Origin: an uncultured Candidatus Saccharibacteria bacterium
GTDB taxonomy: Bacteria > Patescibacteriota > Saccharimonadia > Saccharimonadales > VXPC01
DNA length: 64,000 nucleotides
Direction: 5' to 3'
Assembly: GCA_964534605.1 (NCBI GenBank)
Contig: CAZHOS010000001.1
Location: forward strand, 39,198-103,197
Positions 26,084 to 35,550 of the stretch are shown piece after piece. The notes below the pieces were generated by a model. The model had not been told where the DNA came from, did no database searches, and was given only the letters and a program-made list of their open reading frames with translations. Made by a program: the position numbers and the translations under genes. How positions within the stretch are numbered: the first letter of the stretch is position 1; each line of letters begins with the position of its first letter.

Positions 26084-26479
26084 ATGAAGACTGAGATATA
26101 TGTATCTCGGAAATTGTCCGGTGACTTGAAGTCTAGGACCGGCCGAGAATTAGCGGCGCATATTGAGTTCATGCACTCCGTGTGTGCTGCACTCCCAAGT
26201 CTGCTTGAAAAAGCTGGCGTACCGTATGACACGGACGATGGCTACTCGGTAGAGTGGCCAGCATGGCCAGTGGTTCGTGTTGGTCCGATTATCGCTGGGA
26301 TTCACGTTGAAGACGGTGAACCCGTCATTGACGTGCAGCACAAAGATCTGGCCTTGCCTTTCAGCGATGAACAGCTCGCAGTCCATACGCTCGGAAGGTT
26401 AGAGCTAGGCAGTGCTCAGTTGAGCACTCTAGAGCTAGGAGTCAACGCTATGGTTGGTCGAGCCTCCTCTCTGCAATAG
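26084..26479 (+). CDS. hypothetical protein
   Basis: 131 aa, GGAG-type SD (CAAGGAGCCCATTATG). No recognisable motif. Confidence 0.45.
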   Translation: MKTEIYVSRKLSGDLKSRTGRELAAHIEFMHSVCAALPSLLEKAGVPYDTDDGYSVEWPAWPVVRVGPIIAGIHVEDGEPVIDVQHKDLALPFSDEQLAVHTLGRLELGSAQLSTLELGVNAMVGRASSLQ

Positions 26480-26620
26480 CGAACGTGATGTAGGGGCCCC
26501 TTCGGGGGTCTCTTTGTCTTTTGGGCTACCAAAAAACTAGCGACTTCGCTACCGGCCTTCTTAACGCCGATAATTTATCTCATGATGCCTAAGCTCTACT
26601 AGCCTACTAAATGGACTGAA

Positions 26621-29095
26621 CTACTCGACAATAGATTCCACTGTGGGGGTTTTGTCTTTTAGGCTCAGATCTACGACGCTGCCCTCTTCTATTTCACCTG
26701 ATAGTAAGCTCTCAGCAATGCGATCCTCTAGCTCTTCTTGGATGAGGCGGCGGAGTGGGCGGACGCCGTTCTTGGCGTCGTAACCGGTACTCACGAGCCA
26801 TTTTTTAAGCTGCGTACTGGTCTTCATGCCCAGCTTGCGGTTAAGCAGTCTGCGCGCCAGATCGTCTAGTTGAATGTTAACAATCTTGCCGACATCTTTG
26901 CGCGACAGCGCACGGAAGACAATCGTTTTGTCCAACCTGTTTAACAGCTCTGGCTTCATGAAGGATTTTAGCTCGTCGCGAACTTTGCGCTCGTTCTCGC
27001 GGTGTAATTTGTCAACTTGCTTTTGATCTGTGTCGCTCTTGGCAGAAAAGCCCAAGGAGACTTCTTTTTGTAGCTCTTTAGCGCCTAGGTTACTAGTTAG
27101 GATAACTATCGTATTGCTAAAGTTAACAGTGCGACCCTTGGCGTCAGTTAGCACTCCGTCCTCTAACAGCTGCAGCAGCATATTAAATACATCTGGGTGA
27201 GCCTTCTCGACCTCGTCAAACAGTACCAGGCTGTAGGGTTGGCGCCGGATCTTTTCGGTCAACTGGCCACTCTCGTCGTAGCCTACGTAGCCGGCTGGGG
27301 CGCCCAGCAGACGCGAAACAGTGTGCCTCTCGCCAAACTCTGACATATCTATCTTTATTAAAGCGTCGTCGTTGCCGTAAAACTCTTTGGCTAGCGAGCG
27401 GGCAAGCTCTGTCTTACCAACGCCTGTTGGCCCCAAAAAGAGGAAGCTGCCTATCGGGCGCTTGGCATCGGATATGCCGCTGCGGCTACGTCTAATAGCA
27501 CGCGACACAGCCTCGACAGCTTCTTGTTGCCCAATAATATGCTTGCCCAGACGCTTTTCGAGGCTTAGCAGAGCCTTGGCCTCGGACTTGACGACCTGCA
27601 TAACTGGCACGCCTGTCCAAATAGATATAACCTTGGCAACCTCCTCGGAATCTAGCTTTAGCTTTTGTTTGACACCGCCTTGTTTGCGGAGGTCTGCCTG
27701 AGTACTTTCTAACTGGGCGATCTTCTGTTTGTAGGCAGCAGCTTTCTCGTAGTCTTCGTCCTCGACAGCGTCGTCCATACGCACTTTTAGCATCTGAATA
27801 TCCTTTAGCACAGCTCGCGCCTTGGGGTCTACTTTACCCTTGCTAACTCGCAGATGGGCACAAGCTTCGTCTAGTAGGTCTATGGCCTTGTCAGGCATAA
27901 ATCGGTCATTAATGTAGCGATCGGCTAGATTTACGGTGTCCTGTAATACTTCGTCATCAATACTTAGGCCATGGAAATCCTCGTATTTGTGCTTTAGTCC
28001 GCGCAGTACTGCTAGCGTCTCTTGCTTGGTTGTCTCTGGCACTATTATCGGCTGGAAACGGCGCTCGAGTGCCGCGTCTTTCTCGATATGTTTGCCGTAC
28101 TCGTCGGTGGTGGTGGCGCCGATAACCTGGATCTTACCACGCGCCAATGCAGGCTTGAGGATATTACCAGCATCTATTGCTCCCTCAGCAGCACCAGCGC
28201 CCACTATCAGGTGTAGCTCGTCTATAAATACTATGGTGTCTTTGCTATCACTAAGCTCGCTCATGACTTTCTTGAGGCGATCCTCGAACTCACCACGGTA
28301 TTTGGTGCCAGCAATCATGCCAGGTAGGTCTAACATAACAATCCGCTTCTCCAGCAAGCTGTCAGGCACATCGTCGTTGACAATACGCTGGGCAAGTCCC
28401 TCGACTATAGCTGTTTTACCTACACCAGGTTCACCGATGAGGACTGGGTTGTTCTTGCTACGGCGATTAAGGATGGTCACCATGCGCTTGACCTGTACGT
28501 CACGCCCAACAACTGGGTCTAGCTTACCCTGCTTGGCCATATCGGTCAGATCGGTGCCAAAGTAATCTAGGGCAGACTTGCCTTTCTTGGACGTCTTGGA
28601 CTTCCCAATACGGGCAGACGAACCGTCGAGACCTTGTTTGCCGAGCAAGCTCTCCATAGCGAGATGCAGCTTGTGCAGGTCGACATTCATGTCGCGTAAC
28701 AACACCGTTGCTCGGGCGTTCTTTTGGGCCAGGATACTATAGAGAATGTGCTCGGTGCCACACATGTCTTGGTTAAATTCCTGGGCAACGTCCCAGCTCA
28801 TACGCAAGGTCAGCTTGGCTGTTTCGGACAGACCTTTACTCTGGGCATTGAGCACCATTGTCTTAGGGGCTAAATTAAGGGCTAGCCGGGCGCGGTCATA
28901 ACTAATCCCAGCATCGCTAAGCATCTTGGCACCAAGGGAAGGCTGCTGGCGTAGTACACCCAATAAAATATGCTCGGTACCTACGTATGCTGCGCCTAGC
29001 TCTGCAGATATAACGTCTGCATGCTTGAGACTCTTGAGCGCATTGTCGCTAAAGTTGGTTAAGAATTCTTCGAATCCGGAGTTATCTGATGCCAT
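26621..29095 (-). CDS. clpC: ATP-dependent Clp protease ATP-binding subunit ClpC (class III AAA+ chaperone)
   Basis: 824 aa: Clp-N repeats, two AAA+ modules (GEPGVGKT and GPTGVGKT Walker A) and a UVR-like linker ([19 protein letters not shown]). Length fits ClpC rather than ClpB. Confidence 0.9.
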   Translation of the reverse strand: MASDNSGFEEFLTNFSDNALKSLKHADVISAELGAAYVGTEHILLGVLRQQPSLGAKMLSDAGISYDRARLALNLAPKTMVLNAQSKGLSETAKLTLRMSWDVAQEFNQDMCGTEHILYSILAQKNARATVLLRDMNVDLHKLHLAMESLLGKQGLDGSSARIGKSKTSKKGKSALDYFGTDLTDMAKQGKLDPVVGRDVQVKRMVTILNRRSKNNPVLIGEPGVGKTAIVEGLAQRIVNDDVPDSLLEKRIVMLDLPGMIAGTKYRGEFEDRLKKVMSELSDSKDTIVFIDELHLIVGAGAAEGAIDAGNILKPALARGKIQVIGATTTDEYGKHIEKDAALERRFQPIIVPETTKQETLAVLRGLKHKYEDFHGLSIDDEVLQDTVNLADRYINDRFMPDKAIDLLDEACAHLRVSKGKVDPKARAVLKDIQMLKVRMDDAVEDEDYEKAAAYKQKIAQLESTQADLRKQGGVKQKLKLDSEEVAKVISIWTGVPVMQVVKSEAKALLSLEKRLGKHIIGQQEAVEAVSRAIRRSRSGISDAKRPIGSFLFLGPTGVGKTELARSLAKEFYGNDDALIKIDMSEFGERHTVSRLLGAPAGYVGYDESGQLTEKIRRQPYSLVLFDEVEKAHPDVFNMLLQLLEDGVLTDAKGRTVNFSNTIVILTSNLGAKELQKEVSLGFSAKSDTDQKQVDKLHRENERKVRDELKSFMKPELLNRLDKTIVFRALSRKDVGKIVNIQLDDLARRLLNRKLGMKTSTQLKKWLVSTGYDAKNGVRPLRRLIQEELEDRIAESLLSGEIEEGSVVDLSLKDKTPTVESIVE

Positions 29096-29237
29096 ATGTA
29101 CTGATATACCCTATATTAAGTACCTTAATATTACCTGAATCTGGCACTCTATGCAAGCGAGTGCCAAACAGCGAAGTTTTTAAGTTAAAAGTAGTGAAGT
29201 AGCACTTTTATTTTTTTACAAAATAATGTTCGCTAGA

Positions 29238-29405
29238 CTAGTCTTGCGGTGGATTGTTCTTCAGTGTCTCTAAAAGGCTGTTTTCAAGGTCTTCTTTTTT
29301 CTTGAGCTTTACAGGCTGCACCTTTTTGTATGGTTTGCTGGGGCGTCTTTTACGATCGTTAAAATTACGGCGGGATCGTCCGTTGTTATTCCTTTGCTGG
29401 TTCAT
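29238..29405 (-). CDS. small Arg/Lys-rich protein whose C-terminus duplicates the NusA tail (low confidence)
   Basis: ATG at 29405 with AAGGAGG SD 6 nt upstream, located inside the last codons of nusA. Product MNQQRNNNGRSRRNFNDRKRRPSKPYKKVQPVKLKKKEDLENSLLETLKNNPPQD. The stretch KLKKKEDLENSLLETL parallels the NusA C-terminus KLKKKEELESSLLDTL, and the DNA is about 75% identical by eye. Confidence 0.35.
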   Translation of the reverse strand: MNQQRNNNGRSRRNFNDRKRRPSKPYKKVQPVKLKKKEDLENSLLETLKNNPPQD

Positions 29406-30558
29406 CGGCGGCCTCCTTGGCTTCCTTTGGTGCATCTGCGGCTTCTTCTAGAGTATCTAATAGGCTGCTCTCGAGTTCTTCTTTCTTTTTGAGCTTGGTT
29501 GGCTTGGCTTTGGGTACTTCGGCCTCGTCTACGATGTCTATCTCGTAGCCTGTTAGACGGCCAGCAAGACGAACATTCTGTCCGGCTCTACCGATAGCGA
29601 TACTTAGCTGGTCATTGGCAACTACTACGCGGGCACGCTTTTCTTTCTCGTCTAGGGTTACGCTAAGAATCTCTGTTGGGCTAAGAGCGTTGGTGATGTA
29701 CTCTTTGGTATCTTCTGCCCAAACAATGATGTCGATCTTTTCTTGTTCGCCGATCTCGGAGTTTACGGACTGGACACGGACACCGTGACCACCAACAAAT
29801 GTGCCAACGGGGTCTACGTTAGGAACGTTGCTAGCAACAGCTAGCTTGGTGCGCACACCGGGTTCGCGGGCCATCTCTTTAATCTCCACTGCGCCGCTCT
29901 CCATCTCTGGAACTTCTGATGCAAATAGTAGACTCATAAACTCTGTGCTACCTCGACTAAGGATAAGCTGTGGACCACGGAAGCCTTTCTCGACATCCTT
30001 AAGCAGGACCTTAAGGCGCTGGCCAGGATGGTAGCGCTCGCCTTGGATCTGTTCGCTGGCGGGCATAATGCCTTGTGCACGACCTAGCTCGAACCGGACG
30101 ATACGAGCCTCGACGCGGGTCACGATGGCGTTAACAATACTGCCTATCTTGCCCTCGTACTCTTCCATAACGATCTCTCGCTCGGCCTCGCGTAGACGCT
30201 GCAGTATTACTTGCTTAGCTGTCTGGGCCGCGACACGACCAAAAGTTTCGGCCTTGTGATGCGCCTCTAGAACATCGCCGACTACGGCGTCTTTTTTGCG
30301 CTTCTGGGCTTGCTCGACGGTTAGCTGACTGGCCTCTTCTTCGACTTCTTCGACGACTTCGTGCATAACGTAGACATCTACTTCGCCGGTGTTTATGTTA
30401 ATTGTACTGCGGACATTCTGGTCGCGCTCGCCGTAGTCGCGGCGCCAGGCAGCGGCCAAAGCCTGCTCAACTGCCTCTTGAACGATCTCTTCTGGGAGGT
30501 TTTTTTCCTCGGCTAGCGTCTTGAGCGCTAGAACCATCTGTTTTACATCTAAGTTCAT
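29386..30558 (-). CDS. nusA: transcription termination/antitermination factor NusA
   Basis: 390 aa with N-terminal domain, S1 and KH domains, and a K/E-rich C-terminal tail. Confidence 0.9.
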   Translation of the reverse strand: MNLDVKQMVLALKTLAEEKNLPEEIVQEAVEQALAAAWRRDYGERDQNVRSTININTGEVDVYVMHEVVEEVEEEASQLTVEQAQKRKKDAVVGDVLEAHHKAETFGRVAAQTAKQVILQRLREAEREIVMEEYEGKIGSIVNAIVTRVEARIVRFELGRAQGIMPASEQIQGERYHPGQRLKVLLKDVEKGFRGPQLILSRGSTEFMSLLFASEVPEMESGAVEIKEMAREPGVRTKLAVASNVPNVDPVGTFVGGHGVRVQSVNSEIGEQEKIDIIVWAEDTKEYITNALSPTEILSVTLDEKEKRARVVVANDQLSIAIGRAGQNVRLAGRLTGYEIDIVDEAEVPKAKPTKLKKKEELESSLLDTLEEAADAPKEAKEAADEPAKE

Positions 30559-30584
30559 GTATTACTCCTGTTGTCTTAGGTCAC

Positions 30585-30612
30585 CTATAAAAAATTCCGA
30601 CCTGCAGGCCGG
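30585..30612 (-). terminator. rho-independent terminator after the M3 peptidase gene
   Basis: Minus strand CCGGCC-TGCA-GGTCGG followed by AATTTTTTAT. Confidence 0.55.
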
Positions 30613-30650
30613 ATGTGATGGATACATAATAGCACTAAACTATATGACTA

Positions 30651-32684
30651 TCAAGTCTTCAGAGCAAGGCCATCACGCAAAAGTAATGCGTTTTGGTTAG
30701 AGTCGCGCCCCAAGAAATCACGCACAAGTACATCTGGATCGTACTCGTCGCCACGTGCCAAAACCTTGTCTCTGTACTGGGCACCGATGCTTGGGTCAAG
30801 CACTTCAGGTGCATTGGCGAATCTAGTATACATATCTGCTTCTATTGATTCTGCCCACTTGTAAGAGTAGTAGCCAGCTGCATACCCCCCAGCAAATATG
30901 TGACCAAATACATGTATTAACTGTGAGTCGGAAGGTTCTTTGGCCGGGCTAATGTCTGTACTTACTTTTTGATAAAAGTCTGTGACTGTGATGTCTGTAG
31001 TGTGGAGCTCTCGATGTAGTCGTAGGTCTGCCTCACTTAGAATAGATTGCCTTATAGTGCCGCTACATACTCTAAAATTACGCGCCTGCTTTAGCTTAGC
31101 AATAAGGTCTTTAGGTATTGGGTCGCCTGTGGCATGATGCTTGCCCATCATCGCTAGGACTTCGTCCTCCCAAACAAAATTCTCCATAATCTGTGATGGA
31201 GCCTCTACAAAGTCCCACTTGGTGGCCATCATGCTTTGCTCTTTTAGCTCTGTAGAGCTGAATGCTAGATGCATAAAATGACCAAACTCGTGCCAGATCG
31301 TCTCAACGTCGCGCATATTAAGTAGCGCCGGGCTAGACTTCGTAGGCTTGGGCATATTGCCGCAGACTAATCCCTGGTGGGGCTGGTCATAATTCCCACC
31401 TGCACGGTTAGCAACATAGAGCTGATTCATCCAGGCGCCTGGCTTTTTGCCCGGGCGTGCAAACCAGTCACACCATACGACAGCAATATGTCGCTCTTTA
31501 ACGTCAAAGATGTCGTAAACTTTGACATCATGATGCCATTTTTGCTGAACTTTATTCTCTTTAAAGCTGACCCCGTATAGCTTGCTAAGCGCCTCAAACA
31601 TGCCTGAGAGCACCTGGTTGATAGGTAGGTAGGGCTTTACATCGTCTTCTTCTACATCAAAAAGGCTTTTTTTGAACAAGTTTGCATAGTAAGCACCACT
31701 TGAGAAGACCTCGTAGCTAGGTACCGTCGCCTGATCATCCTGCTCATACTCCTGGATGAACCGTTCAAGGTCTGCGTATTCTTTGGCAGCCCCCTCCTGA
31801 TAAAGCTTGCGCATATCCTGTATGAATTGCAAGGCAATATCACCAGTTTTGGCCATTTTATTGGCAGTATTTAGATCGGCATAGTCCTTGAACCCAAGCT
31901 TTATAGCTAGCTGATGGCGTAGTTTGAGGATCTCTGATGCTATAGGCTCATTCACGCCATCGTTCCGCTCATTTACCATTTTTGAGTATGCGTCACGTGT
32001 TGTTTTTATATTAGCCTTAGACAGTACTTCAATCGATAAAGGCTGATTAAAGACAAGTGCATAACCCTTACGTCCGTCATCTTTTGCCTGTTTAGCAGCA
32101 TCCTTGATGATGTCTTTTGTAAGTCCGTCTAGGTCTTCAACGTTCTCAAGATACAGCCTTGCATCATCGTTCTTTTTGGTAACATTCTGTGAGTAAATTG
32201 TACTGAGTTCCGACAAACGTTGATTAATCTTTTTTATCTCATCTCGATCTACCTGAGGCAAAAGTATGCCACCTCGTTCGTAACTTTCTAATAAATCTTT
32301 TAGGTACCTTTTTTGGGCTGCAGTGTGATTTTCTTTATTTTGGGTGGCAACAGCCTGCAACATGTCGTAGATTCTCTTATCCGCACTCAGTTCGGTGTAA
32401 AATTCGGATATTAACTTAGTACACTCGAGGTCTACACTACTCCATGGCTCGCCCAACACACTCTCTAGGTGCGAAACTACACCGTACACGTACCCTGCTT
32501 CGTCCGACATGTCACTATGAGCTTGCACTGTATTTGCGTAATCTCTGTCTTGCTTAGCAATACTTAATATCGCTTCTAGGCGCTCCTTGGCCTCTGCGAT
32601 ATGTGCTTTTAGGGCTGGTACGGCGTCTTCTGGCTTATACTCGTCGAAGCAAAACTGGTTAATCGGTCGCTGAAAACTATTCAT
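30651..32684 (-). CDS. M3A-family zinc metallo-oligopeptidase (oligopeptidase A / peptidyl-dipeptidase Dcp-like)
   Basis: HEFGHFMH zinc site and about 680 aa of M3 fold. Start placed at the ATG at 32684 (MNSFQRPINQ...). The longer ORF to 32831 adds an unlikely N-terminus. Confidence 0.8.
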   Translation of the reverse strand: MNSFQRPINQFCFDEYKPEDAVPALKAHIAEAKERLEAILSIAKQDRDYANTVQAHSDMSDEAGYVYGVVSHLESVLGEPWSSVDLECTKLISEFYTELSADKRIYDMLQAVATQNKENHTAAQKRYLKDLLESYERGGILLPQVDRDEIKKINQRLSELSTIYSQNVTKKNDDARLYLENVEDLDGLTKDIIKDAAKQAKDDGRKGYALVFNQPLSIEVLSKANIKTTRDAYSKMVNERNDGVNEPIASEILKLRHQLAIKLGFKDYADLNTANKMAKTGDIALQFIQDMRKLYQEGAAKEYADLERFIQEYEQDDQATVPSYEVFSSGAYYANLFKKSLFDVEEDDVKPYLPINQVLSGMFEALSKLYGVSFKENKVQQKWHHDVKVYDIFDVKERHIAVVWCDWFARPGKKPGAWMNQLYVANRAGGNYDQPHQGLVCGNMPKPTKSSPALLNMRDVETIWHEFGHFMHLAFSSTELKEQSMMATKWDFVEAPSQIMENFVWEDEVLAMMGKHHATGDPIPKDLIAKLKQARNFRVCSGTIRQSILSEADLRLHRELHTTDITVTDFYQKVSTDISPAKEPSDSQLIHVFGHIFAGGYAAGYYSYKWAESIEADMYTRFANAPEVLDPSIGAQYRDKVLARGDEYDPDVLVRDFLGRDSNQNALLLRDGLALKT

Positions 32685-32824
32685 AAATATCAAACCAGTA
32701 TACAGGATAGATACACGCAATAACATTTTTTGATTGTGGACAAATTCTAGACACCAGACAGGACTTAATCCGTGCCTAAAAACAGGTAACCAATAATCAT
32801 ATAGCCCTACGCTACAAAGGTGGA

Positions 32825-32848
32825 AACCCACCGATTTCTCGGTGGGTT
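32825..32848 (-). terminator. hairpin 3' of membrane-protein paralog 1 (conserved between the paralog units)
   Basis: AACCCACCG-ATTTCTC-GGTGGGTT. The same CCGATTTCTCGG core occurs after the paralog at 41184..41205. Confidence 0.4.
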
Positions 32849-32870
32849 CTTCTCACATTTCCCTGGGTGC

Positions 32871-33293
32871 TCAAAGTCTTTGGTACAAATTTCCTTCAGA
32901 AACATGAAACTCATAAAGGCTGTCGACGTCTGAAGACTTCACTAAAAACCTAGAGACTACCCCTTCAATAGTGAACTCTGCACTAGAACTCTTTGCACTT
33001 GCAGTTGTCTGGGCATACAGCAATATTGCTGGTTGTACGTAGGACTTGTAGTACCAAGTCTGTAAACCCCAGAAAAAGATAGAAAGACTTACAGCTCCTG
33101 TAATCCCAAAGCCGAAGAAGTTGTAGCTTAGTTCTTGGCTCTTGATAACAAGCTCCAAGAGCACCATTAACAAAAACGCAGGAATGGAAGCAGTCGCAAA
33201 GAACATTGCAACCCAAAAGAAAGAGTGAGTCTTGTTCTTGCTCAGATAGCTTGCTCGAGCCTGTTGTGGTGTGAGGTGCTTCGTGTTATTCAT
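32871..33293 (-). CDS. small 2-TM membrane protein, paralog 1 (MNNTKHLTPQQ...)
   Basis: 140 aa, AGGAGGTC SD 5 nt upstream. N-terminus, RBS, 5'UTR and -10 box resemble those of ORF 41230..41646. Confidence 0.55.
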   Translation of the reverse strand: MNNTKHLTPQQARASYLSKNKTHSFFWVAMFFATASIPAFLLMVLLELVIKSQELSYNFFGFGITGAVSLSIFFWGLQTWYYKSYVQPAILLYAQTTASAKSSSAEFTIEGVVSRFLVKSSDVDSLYEFHVSEGNLYQRL

Positions 33294-33372
33294 TGCTTGG
33301 ACCTCCTGGGTCGTAGACGTATAGAACTAACGAATCAATATATATTATAGAAGATTTTTACACAAATTACAA

Positions 33373-33705
33373 CTAGATTTCTAGGATTTGTATTTGGGCC
33401 TTGCTGTCGACGCTGGCGGCCATGAGGCGATAGTCGCCAGCCCATTTTTGCTCGGACACCCAAATTTCTGCTGCGTAGGCCATTTGCTTGAGCTTGCGTG
33501 GGCCAATGCAGTCAAACCCATCTCCAAAGTTGCGTGATCCTCGATATTTTACTTCTGTCATGTAAGCACAGCCGTCCTTTGTGCTGACTATATCTATTTC
33601 GCACCGTCTGGTGCGCCAGTTTTTAGCGATAACTTTATGCCCTCTTGACTGTAGTTCGCGGACGACTAAGCCTTCTGCCTCTTGACCTACCGACGTAGTG
33701 CTCAT
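33373..33705 (-). CDS. yraN: YraN/UPF0102-family endonuclease (PD-(D/E)xK fold)
   Basis: 110 aa; GQEAEGLVVRELQSRGHKVIAKNWR...EIDIVSTKDG...EVKYR is typical of YraN. ATGA-overlapped with rnhB, the conserved pairing. Confidence 0.8.
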   Translation of the reverse strand: MSTTSVGQEAEGLVVRELQSRGHKVIAKNWRTRRCEIDIVSTKDGCAYMTEVKYRGSRNFGDGFDCIGPRKLKQMAYAAEIWVSEQKWAGDYRLMAASVDSKAQIQILEI

Positions 33706-34274
33706 ACCTTTAGCCTCTTTGCGCCGTCTGCTACCGGCTTGTAGCTATACCTATGGATATTCTTAAGCGGACCATACAACCGCAAAGCTTCCCGGTGTGC
33801 GGCTGTACCGTAGCCTTTGTGCGACCCCAGCTGATAGTCAGGATAGTCAGTGTCTAAGCCATGCATATACCTATCGCGCGTCACCTTAGCAACGATGCTC
33901 GCAGCCATGACTCCTTGATACCTGGCATCTGCCTTGACTACTGCCACTGCACGCGGGTCATCAATATACAGCAGTGAGCCGTCGATAATAATACTGTCCA
34001 CATCCTGGCTATTCACCTCATCTAAGGCAGTCTGCATTGTGTGTTTCTGGGCCCATGTAAGACCATGCTCATCAATTTGCTGGGCAGACGCCGTCCCCAC
34101 GCCGACTTCTGCAAAGTCCATAATCTGATCGTATAGTTCGTCTCGCTTAGCCGGTGTGAGCTGTTTAGAATCGTTGAGCGCTGGTATAGGACGCTTGAGG
34201 ATAACTGCGGCAGAAATCAGAGGACCTGCCCAGGCACCCCGCCCTGCCTCATCAATACCTACGATTCTTTTCAT
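33702..34274 (-). CDS. rnhB: ribonuclease HII
   Basis: MKRIVGIDEAGRGAWAGPLISAAVIL... DEAGRG active-site motif; 190 aa. Confidence 0.9.
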   Translation of the reverse strand: MKRIVGIDEAGRGAWAGPLISAAVILKRPIPALNDSKQLTPAKRDELYDQIMDFAEVGVGTASAQQIDEHGLTWAQKHTMQTALDEVNSQDVDSIIIDGSLLYIDDPRAVAVVKADARYQGVMAASIVAKVTRDRYMHGLDTDYPDYQLGSHKGYGTAAHREALRLYGPLKNIHRYSYKPVADGAKRLKV

Positions 34275-34331
34275 GCTTCAAGTATATAGAAAACACCCCG
34301 ACATTGCGGGGTGTTTTCTATATACTGGCTA

Positions 34332-34859
34332 CTACTTGTCTTCTTTTTTGGCTTCTGGTTTTGGTACTTCGGCGGGTTTTTCTTCAGCTTTAGGTGTCTC
34401 TTTTGCTGGAGCTTCTGACTTCTCCTCTGTAGGTTTGTCGGATTCTTCTTTTGGAGCTTCTGGCTCTTCTGCAGGAGCTTCCTCGACAGTGTTTACTTCG
34501 TCGCGGTCAAAGTCGACGGCGGCTAGACGAGTTGCCTTACCAGTAAGCTCACGGATGTAGCTAAGGTAGTTACGGCGGACATTGCTACGCTTAACGATCT
34601 CTACCTTGACAATGCTCGGACTGTGCATCATGTAGCCGCGCTCGACAGCTACACCGCTGGCGATCTTGCGCACAGTAATGCGGTAAGTAAGGGAGTTCTT
34701 GCGATCTACGCGGATAACAAGGCCTTCAAAGACTTGGACACGCTCTTTGTTGCCCTCTTTGATCTTTTGGTGCACACGAACTGTGTCACCACTCTGTACA
34801 CGCACCACTGAGTGCTTAGCGTACTTGGCCTCGACTTGCTTAATTAGATCTAAACTCAT
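34332..34859 (-). CDS. rplS: 50S ribosomal protein L19 with K/E/P-rich C-terminal extension
   Basis: The core region GDTVRVHQKIKEGNKERVQVFEGLVI...RKIASGVAVERGYMMHSPSIVKVEIVKR matches L19. About 55 extra C-terminal residues are rich in E, K, P and A. Confidence 0.9.
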   Translation of the reverse strand: MSLDLIKQVEAKYAKHSVVRVQSGDTVRVHQKIKEGNKERVQVFEGLVIRVDRKNSLTYRITVRKIASGVAVERGYMMHSPSIVKVEIVKRSNVRRNYLSYIRELTGKATRLAAVDFDRDEVNTVEEAPAEEPEAPKEESDKPTEEKSEAPAKETPKAEEKPAEVPKPEAKKEDK

Positions 34860-34929
34860 AACCAAAAAACTTTAACAGATACGGACCGAAGTTGCAATAC
34901 TTTTAGGGCAAGAGGGCTTCGAACTAGTG

Positions 34930-35547
34930 TTAGGGTCTGTGTATATATTCTGAATGCAGAGACAGGCTGCTTAAAATATCGTCTACCCTTCCGCTGTCGT
35001 CAAGAACTGCCTGCAGGACCGGGCGGGCACCTGCAGATTCGCTGCTGTGCACCCTATCGAGGCCCTCTTCGTATAATTCTGCGAGCCGATCGTTATCTAA
35101 ACCAGGCTCGCCAATAGTTATACGAGCAAGAGGTACCGAGCAATGATGACCCTTTTTGCCCTTGAATACTTTAGATTCACATATGCCATCTACGACCCTG
35201 TGTCTTGTTGCATCTGGATACGTATCTGCATATATCGTCGATACATCGTTTTGGTCCTTCCGAGAAAAGCCCATCACATAGCAAGCGAGCACGCCTGGAC
35301 CATGTCCTCTTGTGTAGCTTGGCGACAGGCCATCAGGGAGATCTATGACGTGTCCACTACGCCAAAAGCTATTTAGGAAAAGTTTGCTGAAGTTATGGCT
35401 ATTTTGATTGGCACTCCGGATCACCTGTAGTGCTTCTTGCCATCTGCCTAATTCGAAATCAGAACGTTGAATAATATCCATACAAATCATTGTAGCTCTT
35501 GTGTAAAACATAAGAAAGCATGAGCATGCCCTCCCAGCTATTGTCAT
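34930..35547 (-). CDS. hypothetical protein translationally coupled to the PilB-like ATPase
   Basis: 205 aa, ATG 4 nt after the PilB stop. No domain recognised and no TM segments. Confidence 0.4.
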   Translation of the reverse strand: MTIAGRACSCFLMFYTRATMICMDIIQRSDFELGRWQEALQVIRSANQNSHNFSKLFLNSFWRSGHVIDLPDGLSPSYTRGHGPGVLACYVMGFSRKDQNDVSTIYADTYPDATRHRVVDGICESKVFKGKKGHHCSVPLARITIGEPGLDNDRLAELYEEGLDRVHSSESAGARPVLQAVLDDSGRVDDILSSLSLHSEYIHRP

Positions 35548-35550
35548 CTG

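Noticed and set aside
29238-29435. 65-aa form of the small basic ORF starting at ATG 29435
   Set aside because: The strong AAGGAGG SD lies downstream of that ATG and is correctly spaced for the second Met (29405), so the 55-aa form is preferred. The whole ORF remains low-confidence.
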